A stretch of 64,000 nt of DNA, from the NCBI GenBank assembly GCA_027623675.1, contig JAQBVF010000018.1, positions 13,356-77,355 on the forward strand. The letters run 5' to 3'. A program made the position numbers and the translations under genes. The stretch comes from Chloroflexota bacterium. Lineage in GTDB: Bacteria; Chloroflexota; Dehalococcoidia; Lucifugimonadales; UBA3495. Under the pieces are notes generated by a model that searched no databases, was not told where the DNA came from, and was given only the letters and a program-made list of their open reading frames with translations. Positions 9,693 through 19,224 of the stretch are shown here, piece after piece. The number at the start of each line of letters is the position of its first letter. The stretch's first letter is position 1.

Positions 9693-10820
9693 CTATACGC
9701 CGGAGTCGAGCATGCGCTGGCGCATCTCGGGCGGGACCTCGCGTAGGCGTTGGCGGAAGGCCGTGTTGGCCCGGTCGGAGACCCGGCGGGCGGCTTCGGT
9801 GATCAGGTCCACGCCGCCCAGATAGTCGTCGACATGGATGTATTCGGCTTCGATGCGGCCCTCGGGCGCGCCGTTGTGGTAGTTGCCCAGCGGGAAGGCG
9901 ATGCCGGTGGTCTGGTAGCCATACACGGCGAAGGCGCTGGCCTCGCAGGTGCCGCCGCTCATCAGTTGGCGTTGGCATTTGAACCCGCTGTCCTTTTCCC
10001 GGAGCGTCTCGCGGGCGCGGACCAAGACTGCTTCGGCGTCGGCGGTGAAGGTGAAACCGGCGTCCCCCACCCGGATGACCGGGCCCTCGCCCATCTCGGC
10101 GCCGGGCAGCGTGCGGCTGGATTCGGCGGAAATGACCAGCGTCTCCGGCGGCAGCGTGCCTGCCTCGGCCATTAGCCGCGCTCCGACCAGGCCGACCTCT
10201 TCGGCCCGGGTGAAGACGCCGTAGACGTCTCCCGGCGGCGGGTCTCCCGCGGTGAGCCGGGCCAATGCGGCCAGGATGCTGCCGCAGCCGGCCAGGTCGT
10301 CCACGGCCCGCATGCGGATGTGCTGGCCGTCCAATTCGAAGTCAACCAGGTCGAACACCACCGAGATGGGCGGTTCCAGGTCTAATGGTTGGGCAAATTT
10401 GATCAGGACCTGCCGCTTGTTGGTGTCTGCGTCATCGTCGATCCTCCCGGCGGTGACGCCGCTGACCCGGCTGCCGTCGGGGAGCAGCGCCAGGACCGGC
10501 ACGGCGTCTTCGAAGCTGGCGGGCGGCACTCCGCCCATGGCCGTGGCGATATAGTTTGTTTGGGGCGCGCCGGGTTGGCTGGCGGTGATCTCAAAGCCCG
10601 GGTGGTCCATGTGGGCAACTATGGCCAGCGGGTTGGCTGTTTGGTCGGAGCCCGCGACCTTGGCGATGATATTTCCGAAGGAGTCCTGGCTGTATGCCAC
10701 TCCCGACTCGTCCAGGATGGCTTTGATCTCGGCAGCGACGCCGGCTTCTTTATATGCCGTCGCCGGGTTGCCGCCCAGCCGGGAAAGGAAGTCCAGCGCC
10801 TGCTGTTGGGGGTCGGTCAT
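9693..10820 (-). CDS. M28/M42-type zinc metallopeptidase
   Basis: AHMDHPGF, RAVDDLAG, AEEVG, GGTCEA, NYH motifs. Confidence 0.75.
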   Translation of the reverse strand: MTDPQQQALDFLSRLGGNPATAYKEAGVAAEIKAILDESGVAYSQDSFGNIIAKVAGSDQTANPLAIVAHMDHPGFEITASQPGAPQTNYIATAMGGVPPASFEDAVPVLALLPDGSRVSGVTAGRIDDDADTNKRQVLIKFAQPLDLEPPISVVFDLVDFELDGQHIRMRAVDDLAGCGSILAALARLTAGDPPPGDVYGVFTRAEEVGLVGARLMAEAGTLPPETLVISAESSRTLPGAEMGEGPVIRVGDAGFTFTADAEAVLVRARETLREKDSGFKCQRQLMSGGTCEASAFAVYGYQTTGIAFPLGNYHNGAPEGRIEAEYIHVDDYLGGVDLITEAARRVSDRANTAFRQRLREVPPEMRQRMLDSGV

Positions 10821-10973
10821 AGAGCACCTTTGGGAAAGATATGCGGTTGGAAGCTGGCGGGATTATAGCAATGGCGGGCTTGAGGCTCAATGCGAATATC
10901 GGATGCTATACTTTTGGCCAAGATTAAAGGGCAGGCCAGGGTGAGCCCAGCCTGCGAGCTGAGGAGACAGTAG

Positions 10974-12050
10974 GTGCTAGAGCAATTTAAGGTTAGCCAC
11001 GACGACGCCCGATTCGTGCAGGCGGACGACCTGAAGAAGACGGTGGCGGGCATATTCGAGAAGCTGGGCGTGCCGTCGGAGGACGCTCTCTTGGCGGCCG
11101 ATGTGCAAGTCTTGGCCGATCTGCGGGGCGTGGACTCCCACGGCGTTTCCAACATGTTGAAGAGTTACATCACCGGCTACCAGGAGGGGTCCATCAACCC
11201 CCGGCCCAACTGGAAGATCGTAAGGGAGACCCCCAGCACGGCGACCGTCGATTCAGACCGGGGACTGGGCACGATCATAACGCCCAAGGCGATGGACATC
11301 GCCATCGAGAAGGCCCGGAAGGTCGGCGTGGGCATGGTGACCATCGGCAACGCGCGGCACCTGGGCATGGCGTCGTACCACGCCATGATGGCCCTGAAAC
11401 ACGACATGATCGGCATCTGCATGACCAGTTGCCCGCCTTCGGTGCTGCCCACGTTCGGCGCGGAGCCGCGTCTGGGCACCAACCCCATCGCCATCGCGGT
11501 GCCGGCCAAGGACCAGCCTCCCTTCGTGTTCGACGCGGCGACCAGTTCCGTGGCGGTGAACAAGATACGCATCGCGGCGCGGTTGGGCGCGGAGATCCCC
11601 GGCGGCTGGCTGGCGGCTGAGGATGGCAGCCCGATCATGGAGCCGTCGCAGGCCCCGGAGAATGTGATCCTGCTGCCGCTGGGCAGTGACCGGAAACTTG
11701 GCTCCCACAAGGGCTACGGCCTTTCCTGCATGGTGGACATCTTGGCGGGGGTGTTGACCGGCTTCGGTTACGGCGCGGTGCCCGGACGGCCCAACTTCGG
11801 CCACATGGTCGCGGCCTACAGCATCGACGCGTTCACCGACGTTGAGCCGTTCAAGGCGGAGATGGATGAGTGGCTGACCATGATGAAAACCACCAAGCCG
11901 GCGCCAGGCCACGACCGGGTGCTGGTGGCCGGCCAGCCCGAAGCTGAGGTGGAAGCGGTCCGCCGGGAGGAGGGCATACCGCTGCATCCCGACGTCGCCG
12001 ACTGGATCCGGGACACCTGCGGCGAGATGTCGGTGCCGTGTTTGTTTTAG
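10974..12050 (+). CDS. Ldh_2 family (malate/L-lactate/ureidoglycolate-type) oxidoreductase
   Basis: ADLRGVDSHGV, GTNPIAIA, FDAATS, HKGYGL motifs. Confidence 0.9.
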   Translation: MLEQFKVSHDDARFVQADDLKKTVAGIFEKLGVPSEDALLAADVQVLADLRGVDSHGVSNMLKSYITGYQEGSINPRPNWKIVRETPSTATVDSDRGLGTIITPKAMDIAIEKARKVGVGMVTIGNARHLGMASYHAMMALKHDMIGICMTSCPPSVLPTFGAEPRLGTNPIAIAVPAKDQPPFVFDAATSSVAVNKIRIAARLGAEIPGGWLAAEDGSPIMEPSQAPENVILLPLGSDRKLGSHKGYGLSCMVDILAGVLTGFGYGAVPGRPNFGHMVAAYSIDAFTDVEPFKAEMDEWLTMMKTTKPAPGHDRVLVAGQPEAEVEAVRREEGIPLHPDVADWIRDTCGEMSVPCLF

Positions 12051-12054
12051 GGGT

Positions 12055-12708
12055 GTGATGGCCGATCTATTACAGCCGGAAACGGCCAACAACGATGGCT
12101 TCTACTTTCATGAGGCCTATGTTGTTTGGGAGATTGCCTTCAATGAAGCCCTCTCGATGCAGCAGAACCCCGGTTTTGTGCATTTGGCCGGGGCATGCTT
12201 GTACCGGCTCAGGGAGTCCGACCTGACCCTGGCCAAAGAGTTGGGAATCACGGTCTACCATCTTCGGAATTGGGCGATGGAGAACCTGCCGACGACAAAC
12301 TCGTTTGCCCGCCGCTACGATGGCCATATCGATTTCGACTACACCATCGAAAGAAGGGCCGACAAGATGCATGTTCGCCAAGTCAAGAAGTGCGACAACG
12401 GGTCGCCAATGCCTCACCCGGACCAGGTTCATCTTCCGGATGAGGGTCTGATTGTCCGGGAAAGGATCGATCCGGCGGCCAGTGAGATGTGGGCTACCGC
12501 GATGATGTCCACCTATGAATTTGCTCAAGAGGTTTATGCGGACTCCGGGGATGCCGAATCGCCTGTTGCCTCGGGGCGCAGGATACTTTTGGCCTTGTTG
12601 GACACAGTCGAAGTGCGAAGCTGCGTTGAGAATGTTGGGTTCTCAGTGGGCGAAATGAGGGGCAAGCTGGAGTTGGTGGGTTTACGCGAGGACTCGCCCC
12701 CTTCCTAA
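12055..12708 (+). CDS. Hypothetical protein, possibly with two Clp N-terminal-like repeats
   Basis: 217-aa ORF directly after the Ldh gene; AFNEA...VHL...ELGI and EFAQE...RILLALL...NVGF segments. Confidence 0.5.
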   Translation: MMADLLQPETANNDGFYFHEAYVVWEIAFNEALSMQQNPGFVHLAGACLYRLRESDLTLAKELGITVYHLRNWAMENLPTTNSFARRYDGHIDFDYTIERRADKMHVRQVKKCDNGSPMPHPDQVHLPDEGLIVRERIDPAASEMWATAMMSTYEFAQEVYADSGDAESPVASGRRILLALLDTVEVRSCVENVGFSVGEMRGKLELVGLREDSPPS

Positions 12709-12769
12709 CTTGAGGTTTCCTCGAGTTTTGTGGGTGGATGCCGCCGCCTTTGACATTCCGGCCGTCTTG

Positions 12770-12886
12770 GTCATTCCGAGCGAAGCGAGGAATCTCGTTG
12801 CTGACGTGAGACCAACTGGCGGTACGATAGCAACCTTGAAGTCAGGCAATGAGATTCTGGTCATTCCGCGGAAGGACCAGAATGAC
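12770..12886. repeat. Inverted pair of GTCA-type REP-like palindromes (REPIN-like)
   Basis: GTCATTCCGAGCGAAGCGAGGAATCT (12770-12795) faces a minus-strand copy GTCATTCTGGTC...GACCAGAATCT (12852-12886) between convergent genes. Confidence 0.6.
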
Positions 12887-13011
12887 GGCTGGCGAGTGTG
12901 GTTGCTCGGCACGCCCGTCATTCCAACTTTCGCCGAGACGACGGCATCGGCCCCGTAGCGTGCGGGCCATGATGAAACTCTGGGATGACTCTTGTTTCAG
13001 TTTTCTAGAGG

Positions 13012-14145
13012 CTAGTCCTGTAGCGCGGGAATCACTTCTTCGCCCATGAGTTTTATGGACCGCATGGTGTCCTCGTGGGATAGCGGGCCGCCCTGGGCTT
13101 CCAGCAGCAAGGAGCCGATGCCAAGTTCTTCTTTGATGTGGCGGAGCTTCTTGATAACGGTCTCCGGACTGCCGACCACCAGGTGATAATTATCCTGGAG
13201 TTCTTCATAGGACATCTCGTTCATTGGCTTCTGACGGCGTGCGGCGTTGGCGGCGACACCGGCTTGGGAGAAGTAACCCGGCGGGGCCCAGTACTCTCTC
13301 GGTCCCTTTAGCGGGTGGCCCATGCGCCACATGAAGGCTTTGCCCGATTCCTGAGCTTTCTCGTCGGTCTCGTTAACGTGGGCGCAGATCATGAAGGCGA
13401 ACTTGTCCGGGCCTGCCTGCCAGCCCTGCTGGGCTGCCTGCTCCCGGTAGCTGCCGAACAATTGTTTAGCCCTGTTTATCTCGGTCAAGAACGCGGCGTA
13501 GGTGTAGCGGTGCTTTACCGCCCATTCCACCGTCTCCGGGCTGCCGGTGCCTGGCACCCAGGCGGGGGGATGGGGCTTTTGCACGGGCACCATCCAAGGG
13601 TTCACCGCCCGGTATTGGTAGTGTTTGCCCTCCCAGCGGAACGGGCCGGGGGTGGTCCACGTCTTGATGATCAGGTCGTGGCACTCTTCGAACCGCTCCC
13701 GGTTGTAGACCGGATTGGTGTTGTTGGCCCAGCTCTCCACCCCGATGCCCCGGACAAACCCGGAGACGATGCGGCCGCCGGATATGACGTCCAGCATTGC
13801 GATCTCTTCGGCCAGTCTTGGCGGGTTGTCGGACGTGGGCAGCATATTCCCCAGCATCAAGATCTTCGCTTTTGACGTCAGACGGGCCAGGATGCCGCCG
13901 GTGATGTTCACTTCAACGTCCATACACGATGGTGTGTTGTGGTGCTCGTTGATCATCAGCCCCTGGAACCCGGCCTCCTCGGCGTACTGGAACTCGTCCA
14001 GGTAGCGCTTGAACAGGTCGGTGGCCTTGTTGGGGTCGAAGTAGCTATTGGGAAAGGTCAGCCGCAGAGAGGGCCACTGCTCGGCGAGTTCATCGTCGAT
14101 GTAGTGGTATGGCATCTCGGTGAAGTAATAAACGTCCAGACTCAA
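13012..14145 (-). CDS. LLM-class flavin-dependent oxidoreductase
   Basis: GLMINEHHNT, LAEEIAMLDVISGGR, GFVRG, QKPHPP, VGSPETV. Confidence 0.9.
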   Translation of the reverse strand: MSLDVYYFTEMPYHYIDDELAEQWPSLRLTFPNSYFDPNKATDLFKRYLDEFQYAEEAGFQGLMINEHHNTPSCMDVEVNITGGILARLTSKAKILMLGNMLPTSDNPPRLAEEIAMLDVISGGRIVSGFVRGIGVESWANNTNPVYNRERFEECHDLIIKTWTTPGPFRWEGKHYQYRAVNPWMVPVQKPHPPAWVPGTGSPETVEWAVKHRYTYAAFLTEINRAKQLFGSYREQAAQQGWQAGPDKFAFMICAHVNETDEKAQESGKAFMWRMGHPLKGPREYWAPPGYFSQAGVAANAARRQKPMNEMSYEELQDNYHLVVGSPETVIKKLRHIKEELGIGSLLLEAQGGPLSHEDTMRSIKLMGEEVIPALQD

Positions 14146-14178
14146 TGTGGTTCTCCTTGGAGAAAGCTGTTTGCTGAT

Positions 14179-14961
14179 TTACGCCAGGAATTCCAGAGCG
14201 GTCTTGATGAAATCGTCGGGCCTCTCGACCTGGGGCGAATGGCCGCAGTTGTCGATGACCACGAGGTCGGAGCCCTTGATGGTCCGCTGGTAGATCTCGC
14301 CACACTCCACCGGGACGATCCGGTCGTTCTTCCCCCAGACCATGCGCGCGGGGATGCTGACGCGCTTGAGCAGGCTGGTCAGGCGGGGGTCGTGCATGTA
14401 GGGCTTCCAGCAAAGGCGCACCGCCATCTCGCGGTTGGACTCGGCGGCCATCGCCTCCTCGGGCGTGGGATCCTTGCCGTAGACCGCCTGGTACTCAGGG
14501 GCCTGGGCCGGATCGTGGAACATCAGGTCCAGCACCTGGGCGGGACTGATTATGAATATGTCGGTGATCTCGGAGTTGTTGGGTTTCACGCCCGCCGCGC
14601 CAACCAGCATCAGTTTGCTGAAGGAGTGGCCGCACATGGCGGCGATCTCGGATGCGATCCACCCGCCCATGGAGAAGCCGATGGTGCGGACGCCCTCCAA
14701 CCCCAGGGTTTCCAGATACCAGGTGTAGAAGCAGGCCATGTCGGGGATGGTCTCCAGCCAATCTGGCCGTTCCGACTTTCCGTAGCCGGGGTGGGACGGA
14801 TAGTACACCGTGTACTTCTCGGCCAGCGCGTCGACGGACTTGAGCCAGCCGTTGTTCCCGCCGGCGCCGTGGAGCAGCAGCAGGGGCTCGCCGGAGCCGC
14901 CCTTCAGCGTATGGACCTTGGTCCCGCCTACGTCCACCATCTCTTCGGTAAAGGCAACCAT
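14179..14961 (-). CDS. Alpha/beta hydrolase
   Basis: LLLLHGAGG, nucleophile elbow GFSMGG, WGKNDRIVP, GHSPQVERP. Confidence 0.9.
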   Translation of the reverse strand: MVAFTEEMVDVGGTKVHTLKGGSGEPLLLLHGAGGNNGWLKSVDALAEKYTVYYPSHPGYGKSERPDWLETIPDMACFYTWYLETLGLEGVRTIGFSMGGWIASEIAAMCGHSFSKLMLVGAAGVKPNNSEITDIFIISPAQVLDLMFHDPAQAPEYQAVYGKDPTPEEAMAAESNREMAVRLCWKPYMHDPRLTSLLKRVSIPARMVWGKNDRIVPVECGEIYQRTIKGSDLVVIDNCGHSPQVERPDDFIKTALEFLA

Positions 14962-15130
14962 TTGTTTCTCCTTTGGAAGCTAACATCTGACAGCCCCGAC
15001 TTCACCGGGGCCGGTAGTTCTCAGTATTCGGCCGGAAGGTATCCGGACATTTCTTGATCGTTCTTTTGCGTTTTATCGGCGGTGAATAAACTCTGGCCGC
15101 AGGTGGTCCCGGTCCCATCGGGACGGTTAG

Positions 15131-16351
15131 CTATATCGCCTGGGCCTGTTTCTGGAACGGGTCGGTCAGTTCCAACTCGGCGCCGATCTCGCGGATGGCG
15201 GGCAGCACCTCTTGGCCCATGAGTTCCAGGCAGCGCATGGTATCGGCGTGGGTGGTGTCGCCGTCGTTGGTCCAGACGCCCAGGATGCCGGGGCGGATGA
15301 CCGACAGGGTTTCGCGCAGCTTCCTTACCACCGTCTCCGGGCTGCCCACGATCCAGCGGTTGGAGGCCAGTATCTGGTCGTAGGTCGCGGTCTCTAGGCC
15401 CAGGCCAAGGAAGGGGTCCTTGCGGATGCGGCCCAGGTATTTGGCTACCTTGGGATCATTGCGGTTACCGCCGTAGCCTACCGGCAGCATGTAGTCCTTG
15501 GGCATCGGCACCCGCCCCACGCCAACGTTACCGGTCAAGAAGCCTTTGGCCGACTCGTAGGCCTTCTCGTCGGTGTCCTGCACGTGGATGCGGCACAGGT
15601 AGCCGAAATTCTCCGGGCCGGGTTCGTAACCGGACTCTCGGGCGGCTTCAGTATAGACATCTATCATGTCCTGGGTGCCCTGGGGGTCGGTCTCCAGATA
15701 GATGTATGGATAGCGCCGCTCGGCGGCCCAGACCAGGGTTTGGGGGCTCCCCAGGCCGGGGATCCACACCGGTGGATGGGGCTTCTGCAGCGGTGTCTGA
15801 AAGGGGTTGACCACGCGGAAGTGGTAGTGTTTGCCCTCCCAGCGGAAGGGACCGGGCGTGGTCCAAGTCTTGATGATCAGGTCGTGGGCCTCCTCGAACC
15901 GTTCCCGGTTGTGGAGGGGGTTCACGTTGGCGGCCAAACTCTCCACGCCAGTGCCGCGAACGAAGCCGGAGACGACCCGTCCGTTGGAGATCATGTCGAT
16001 CTCGGCGATCTCCTCGGCCACACGCAGGGGATTCTCGAAAGTCGGCAGGGGATTGCCCATCAGGACGATCTTCGGTTTCTTGGTGTTTCGGGCCAGGATG
16101 GCGGCTTCCAGGTTCATGGTTGCGCCCAGACAGGTGGGTGTATTGTGGTGCTCATTGAGCATCAGGCCGTCGAAACCAACCTCTTCGCAATACTCGTATT
16201 CGTCCAGGTACTCGTTGTACTGGCGGGCGCCGATCTGAGGGTCGAAGTTGCTGTTGGAAAATGTCAGCCGCACCGCCCCGTTGGGGCTGTTTCTCACGGC
16301 ATCTTCGGTGTAGCTGGTATAGGCCCGCTCGGTGAACCGCATCAAGAACAT
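15131..16351 (-). CDS. LLM-class flavin-dependent oxidoreductase (paralog of 13012-14145)
   Basis: GLMLNEHHNT, AEEIAEIDMISNGR; shares DLIIKTWTTPGPFRWEGKHY with the downstream paralog. Confidence 0.9.
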   Translation of the reverse strand: MFLMRFTERAYTSYTEDAVRNSPNGAVRLTFSNSNFDPQIGARQYNEYLDEYEYCEEVGFDGLMLNEHHNTPTCLGATMNLEAAILARNTKKPKIVLMGNPLPTFENPLRVAEEIAEIDMISNGRVVSGFVRGTGVESLAANVNPLHNRERFEEAHDLIIKTWTTPGPFRWEGKHYHFRVVNPFQTPLQKPHPPVWIPGLGSPQTLVWAAERRYPYIYLETDPQGTQDMIDVYTEAARESGYEPGPENFGYLCRIHVQDTDEKAYESAKGFLTGNVGVGRVPMPKDYMLPVGYGGNRNDPKVAKYLGRIRKDPFLGLGLETATYDQILASNRWIVGSPETVVRKLRETLSVIRPGILGVWTNDGDTTHADTMRCLELMGQEVLPAIREIGAELELTDPFQKQAQAI

Positions 16352-16382
16352 GTCGATAATCTCCTTTTGTATCAGATCGGGG

Positions 16383-16802
16383 CTAGAGTTGGCTGAGCAA
16401 CTTCACTCGAGGAAAGTCGCCTGCGGCAAGCCTTTGGAACCGCTCATCGGCGGTCCAAAGCTCACAATCCAAATGTTCCGCAAGCGCCAAGTAATAAGAG
16501 TCATATACCGCCCCCTGGCCCAGACTGCTGGCCAGTTCCAATGCCCGTCCGTGCAGCGACCTAGGCTGCCGAAGCGAAATGCCGGTATCCGTGAGTTTCA
16601 GCAGGAGTTCTAGGGCTATTTCTTCCGATATTTCTTGGCGGTGAACCTTTTGATGTAGAGCGTTCGCAACCTAGATCGGCAACAGGTAGGGCGCCGTCAC
16701 TTGAATGTGGCGTTCAATCCAAGACGCGCCCAATAGGACCGCCTGCTCCGAATCATTCTCGTCGACCAACCATTTCATTGCCAAGCTGGCGTCAACTACC
16801 AC
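16383..16802 (-). pseudogene. vapC: VapC/PIN-domain toxin interrupted by in-frame TAG (not in ORF track)
   Basis: Manual translation VVDASLAMKW...APYLLPI*VANAL...AVYDSYYLALAE...LWTADERF; TAG at 16671-16673 sits where the conserved Glu lies. Confidence 0.85.
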
Positions 16803-17100
16803 TAAGCCGGTCAAGTTCCTCAGTACGTTGCTCCCTTGCTTCTCGGATCAGATCGCCGGAATCGCTGGGTGACTTGCGCCCTTGGAAGATCTTATCCCGT
16901 AGCTCGATCAATTGATCGAAAGACGCCTTGGTGAAAGCGGTGGCATCGTCGCCGGGAAGATCATTCCTATCCAATTCTTTACCGATGATGTCGATGCAGT
17001 ACCGGCGCATGGTCACGCCCTTGAGAGCTGCGGCCACCTTGAGTTTGACCTGCATCTCGGGCTCCAGGTCCAGGGGGAAACGCTTTTTTTGTGTAGGCAT
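16792..17100 (-). CDS. Putative VapB-type antitoxin (RHH-like N-terminus)
   Basis: KRFPLDLEPEMQVKLKVAAALKGVTMRRY and C-terminal DSGDLIREAREQR; overlaps vapC start. Confidence 0.7.
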   Translation of the reverse strand: MPTQKKRFPLDLEPEMQVKLKVAAALKGVTMRRYCIDIIGKELDRNDLPGDDATAFTKASFDQLIELRDKIFQGRKSPSDSGDLIREAREQRTEELDRLSGS

Positions 17101-17307
17101 GTAGGCTCCGGGATTCCGGTTGGTCAATCTTCGCAAATTTACCGTATTTACTGCAATACGTTAAAACCATCCTGCTTTGACCTGTTGTCCCTAACCTGCG
17201 GTGGCCTACCCCTTCACATAAACCAGTTTCTCGGCTAATTTGCAGCGTTGGACGATGTCGATGGTGGCGGCGGTGGTGGGGTCCGATTGTCGCATGTGAA
17301 TCAGTCT

Positions 17308-17416
17308 AACGGCGGATGTTCTCCGTTCGGGGGGACTGCTTCGGGTAGTCAGCGCCTATCCTAGCCTGCGGGGCAGGTGGGGTCAAGCAGCCTGAAGCAG
17401 TAGCTCCCTGCCGCCC
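17308..17416 (+). ncRNA. Candidate rod-shaped structured RNA or palindromic element, unassigned
   Basis: ACTGCTTCGGG/CCTGAAGCAGT stem enclosing CCTA-CCT-GCC/GGC-AGG-TGGG; G-U pairs favour the + strand. Confidence 0.3.
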
Positions 17417-17430
17417 CTCAACCCCGATTG

Positions 17431-17439
17431 TGCTATAGT
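17431..17439 (+). promoter_or_regulatory. Extended -10 promoter element for serA
   Basis: TG-C-TATAGT about 85 nt upstream of serA ATG. Confidence 0.45.
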
Positions 17440-17523
17440 TTATGGGCTGTCTTCGCAGGCTTGGAATGTAGTGGAAATCGAGCCTGGGGACCGCGAATCC
17501 CAACAATCATCAGGAAGATTTTC

Positions 17524-19110
17524 ATGCCCAAAATTCTGGTAGCTGATCCCATCGGCGCGGAGGGCGTTGAACTGCTCCAAACCCGCGCTACGGTGGATGT
17601 AAAAACGGGTATGAAACCCGAAGAACTGCTGGCCGTGATCGCCGACTACGACGGCTTGGTGGTGCGGAGCGAGACCAAGGTGACCAAAGAGGTCATCGAG
17701 GCCGCCAAGAACCTAAAGGTCATCGGCCGGGCCGGCATCGGCGTCGATAACATAGACCTGGAAGCGGCAACGAACGCCGGCATCGCCGTGGTGAATGCGC
17801 CAACCGGCAATACCGTGGCAGCGGCCGAGCACACCATGGCGTTGATGCTGGCCCTCTCCCGTAACGTGCCCACGGCCCACCAGTCCCTCAAGTCAGGCGA
17901 GTGGAAGCGCAGTCAATTCATGGGCATCGAGGTCCGTAATAAGACGCTGGGCGTTTGCGGTCTGGGCCGGGTCGGCTCGGAAGTGGCCCGGCGCGCCCAG
18001 AGCTTTGATATGAGATTGGTGGGGTACGACCCCTTCGTCTCTCCGGAGCACGCCAAGAGCATGGGTATCGAGCTGCTTTCATTGGAAGAGCTTTTGGGCC
18101 AGTCGGATTTCATCACCCTGCACACGCCGCTGACCGACAGCACCCGCCACATGATAGGTCCCAAAGAAGTGGGGCTGCTCAAGCGCGGCGCGAGACTCAT
18201 CAACGTGGCGCGGGGCGAACTGGTTGACGAGGCGGCAATCATCGACGGACTGAACTCGGGCCAATTGGGCGGAGTGGCCCTGGACGTATTTGCTCAGGAG
18301 CCGCCGCAGAACACTGCTCTGGTTGGGCACCCCAAAGTCGTGGTGACACCCCACCTGGGCGCGTCCACCGAAGAGGCCCAGCGGGAAGTGGCGATCGAGG
18401 CCTCCGAGCAGGTGCTGGCGGTGTTGAACGGAGAACGAGCCCGGAACACCGTGAATGCGCCGTCCGTAGCCCCCGAGGTCCATGCGGTGCTGGCGCCCTA
18501 CATGCCGGTGGCCACGGTGGTGGGAAAGCTGCTGACGCATCTGGCCCAGGGCCAGTTCCTGGGGATCACCATTAGCTACGAGGGCGAGATCGCCGAGCAC
18601 GACACCCGCTCTTTGCAGGCGGCCGTATTGGCGGGACTGTTGGAACCCATCACCACCGGCCAGGTGAACCTGATCAACGCGCCGGTGCTGGCAAGAGAAC
18701 GGGGCATCAATATAACGGAGCAGCACAATACCGCATCCAGGGAATACTCCAGCATCGTAAGCGCCACGGTCGAGACCAGCGAAGGCAAGATAACGCTGGC
18801 CGGGACTTCCCTGCGGAACGAGCCCCACATCGTGAAGATCGACGACTACTGGTTGGACATCGTGCCGACCACGCCCTACATGCTATTCGTGGATAACCAG
18901 GACCAGCCGGGTTCGATCGGCGCGGTGGGCACCATCGCCGGCAAACACAACATCAACATCAGTTTCATGGAGGTGGGACGGTTGAAGTTGAGGGGCCGGG
19001 CCATGATGGTTCTCGGGCTGGACGACAACGTGCCACCCGACGTGATGGAAGAGATCAGGGATCTGGGCCATATCTATAACGTACGTTTGGCCCACCTGGG
19101 GTCTCTGTAG
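17524..19110 (+). CDS. serA: D-3-phosphoglycerate dehydrogenase (type I, ASB+ACT domains)
   Basis: MPKILVADPI, GRAGIGVDNID, GLGRVG, TPHLGAST, C-terminal DQPG..G...G...INI ACT domain. Confidence 0.95.
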   Translation: MPKILVADPIGAEGVELLQTRATVDVKTGMKPEELLAVIADYDGLVVRSETKVTKEVIEAAKNLKVIGRAGIGVDNIDLEAATNAGIAVVNAPTGNTVAAAEHTMALMLALSRNVPTAHQSLKSGEWKRSQFMGIEVRNKTLGVCGLGRVGSEVARRAQSFDMRLVGYDPFVSPEHAKSMGIELLSLEELLGQSDFITLHTPLTDSTRHMIGPKEVGLLKRGARLINVARGELVDEAAIIDGLNSGQLGGVALDVFAQEPPQNTALVGHPKVVVTPHLGASTEEAQREVAIEASEQVLAVLNGERARNTVNAPSVAPEVHAVLAPYMPVATVVGKLLTHLAQGQFLGITISYEGEIAEHDTRSLQAAVLAGLLEPITTGQVNLINAPVLARERGINITEQHNTASREYSSIVSATVETSEGKITLAGTSLRNEPHIVKIDDYWLDIVPTTPYMLFVDNQDQPGSIGAVGTIAGKHNINISFMEVGRLKLRGRAMMVLGLDDNVPPDVMEEIRDLGHIYNVRLAHLGSL

Positions 19111-19224
19111 ACAGCCGGGACGAATTTTAGAGCAGGCGCCCGGTTTTCTGCCGGAACGCTTTTTATCAAGCAACAGAAGGCGCCCGGGCCAGCTGCCGGA
19201 GCGCCGATTTAGGAGAGGACGAAC

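Noticed and set aside
16671..16673. Pyrrolysine or genome-wide TAG recoding
   Set aside because: TAG terminates many conserved genes at expected positions, no pyl genes are seen, and the site corresponds to Glu (a single G->T change).
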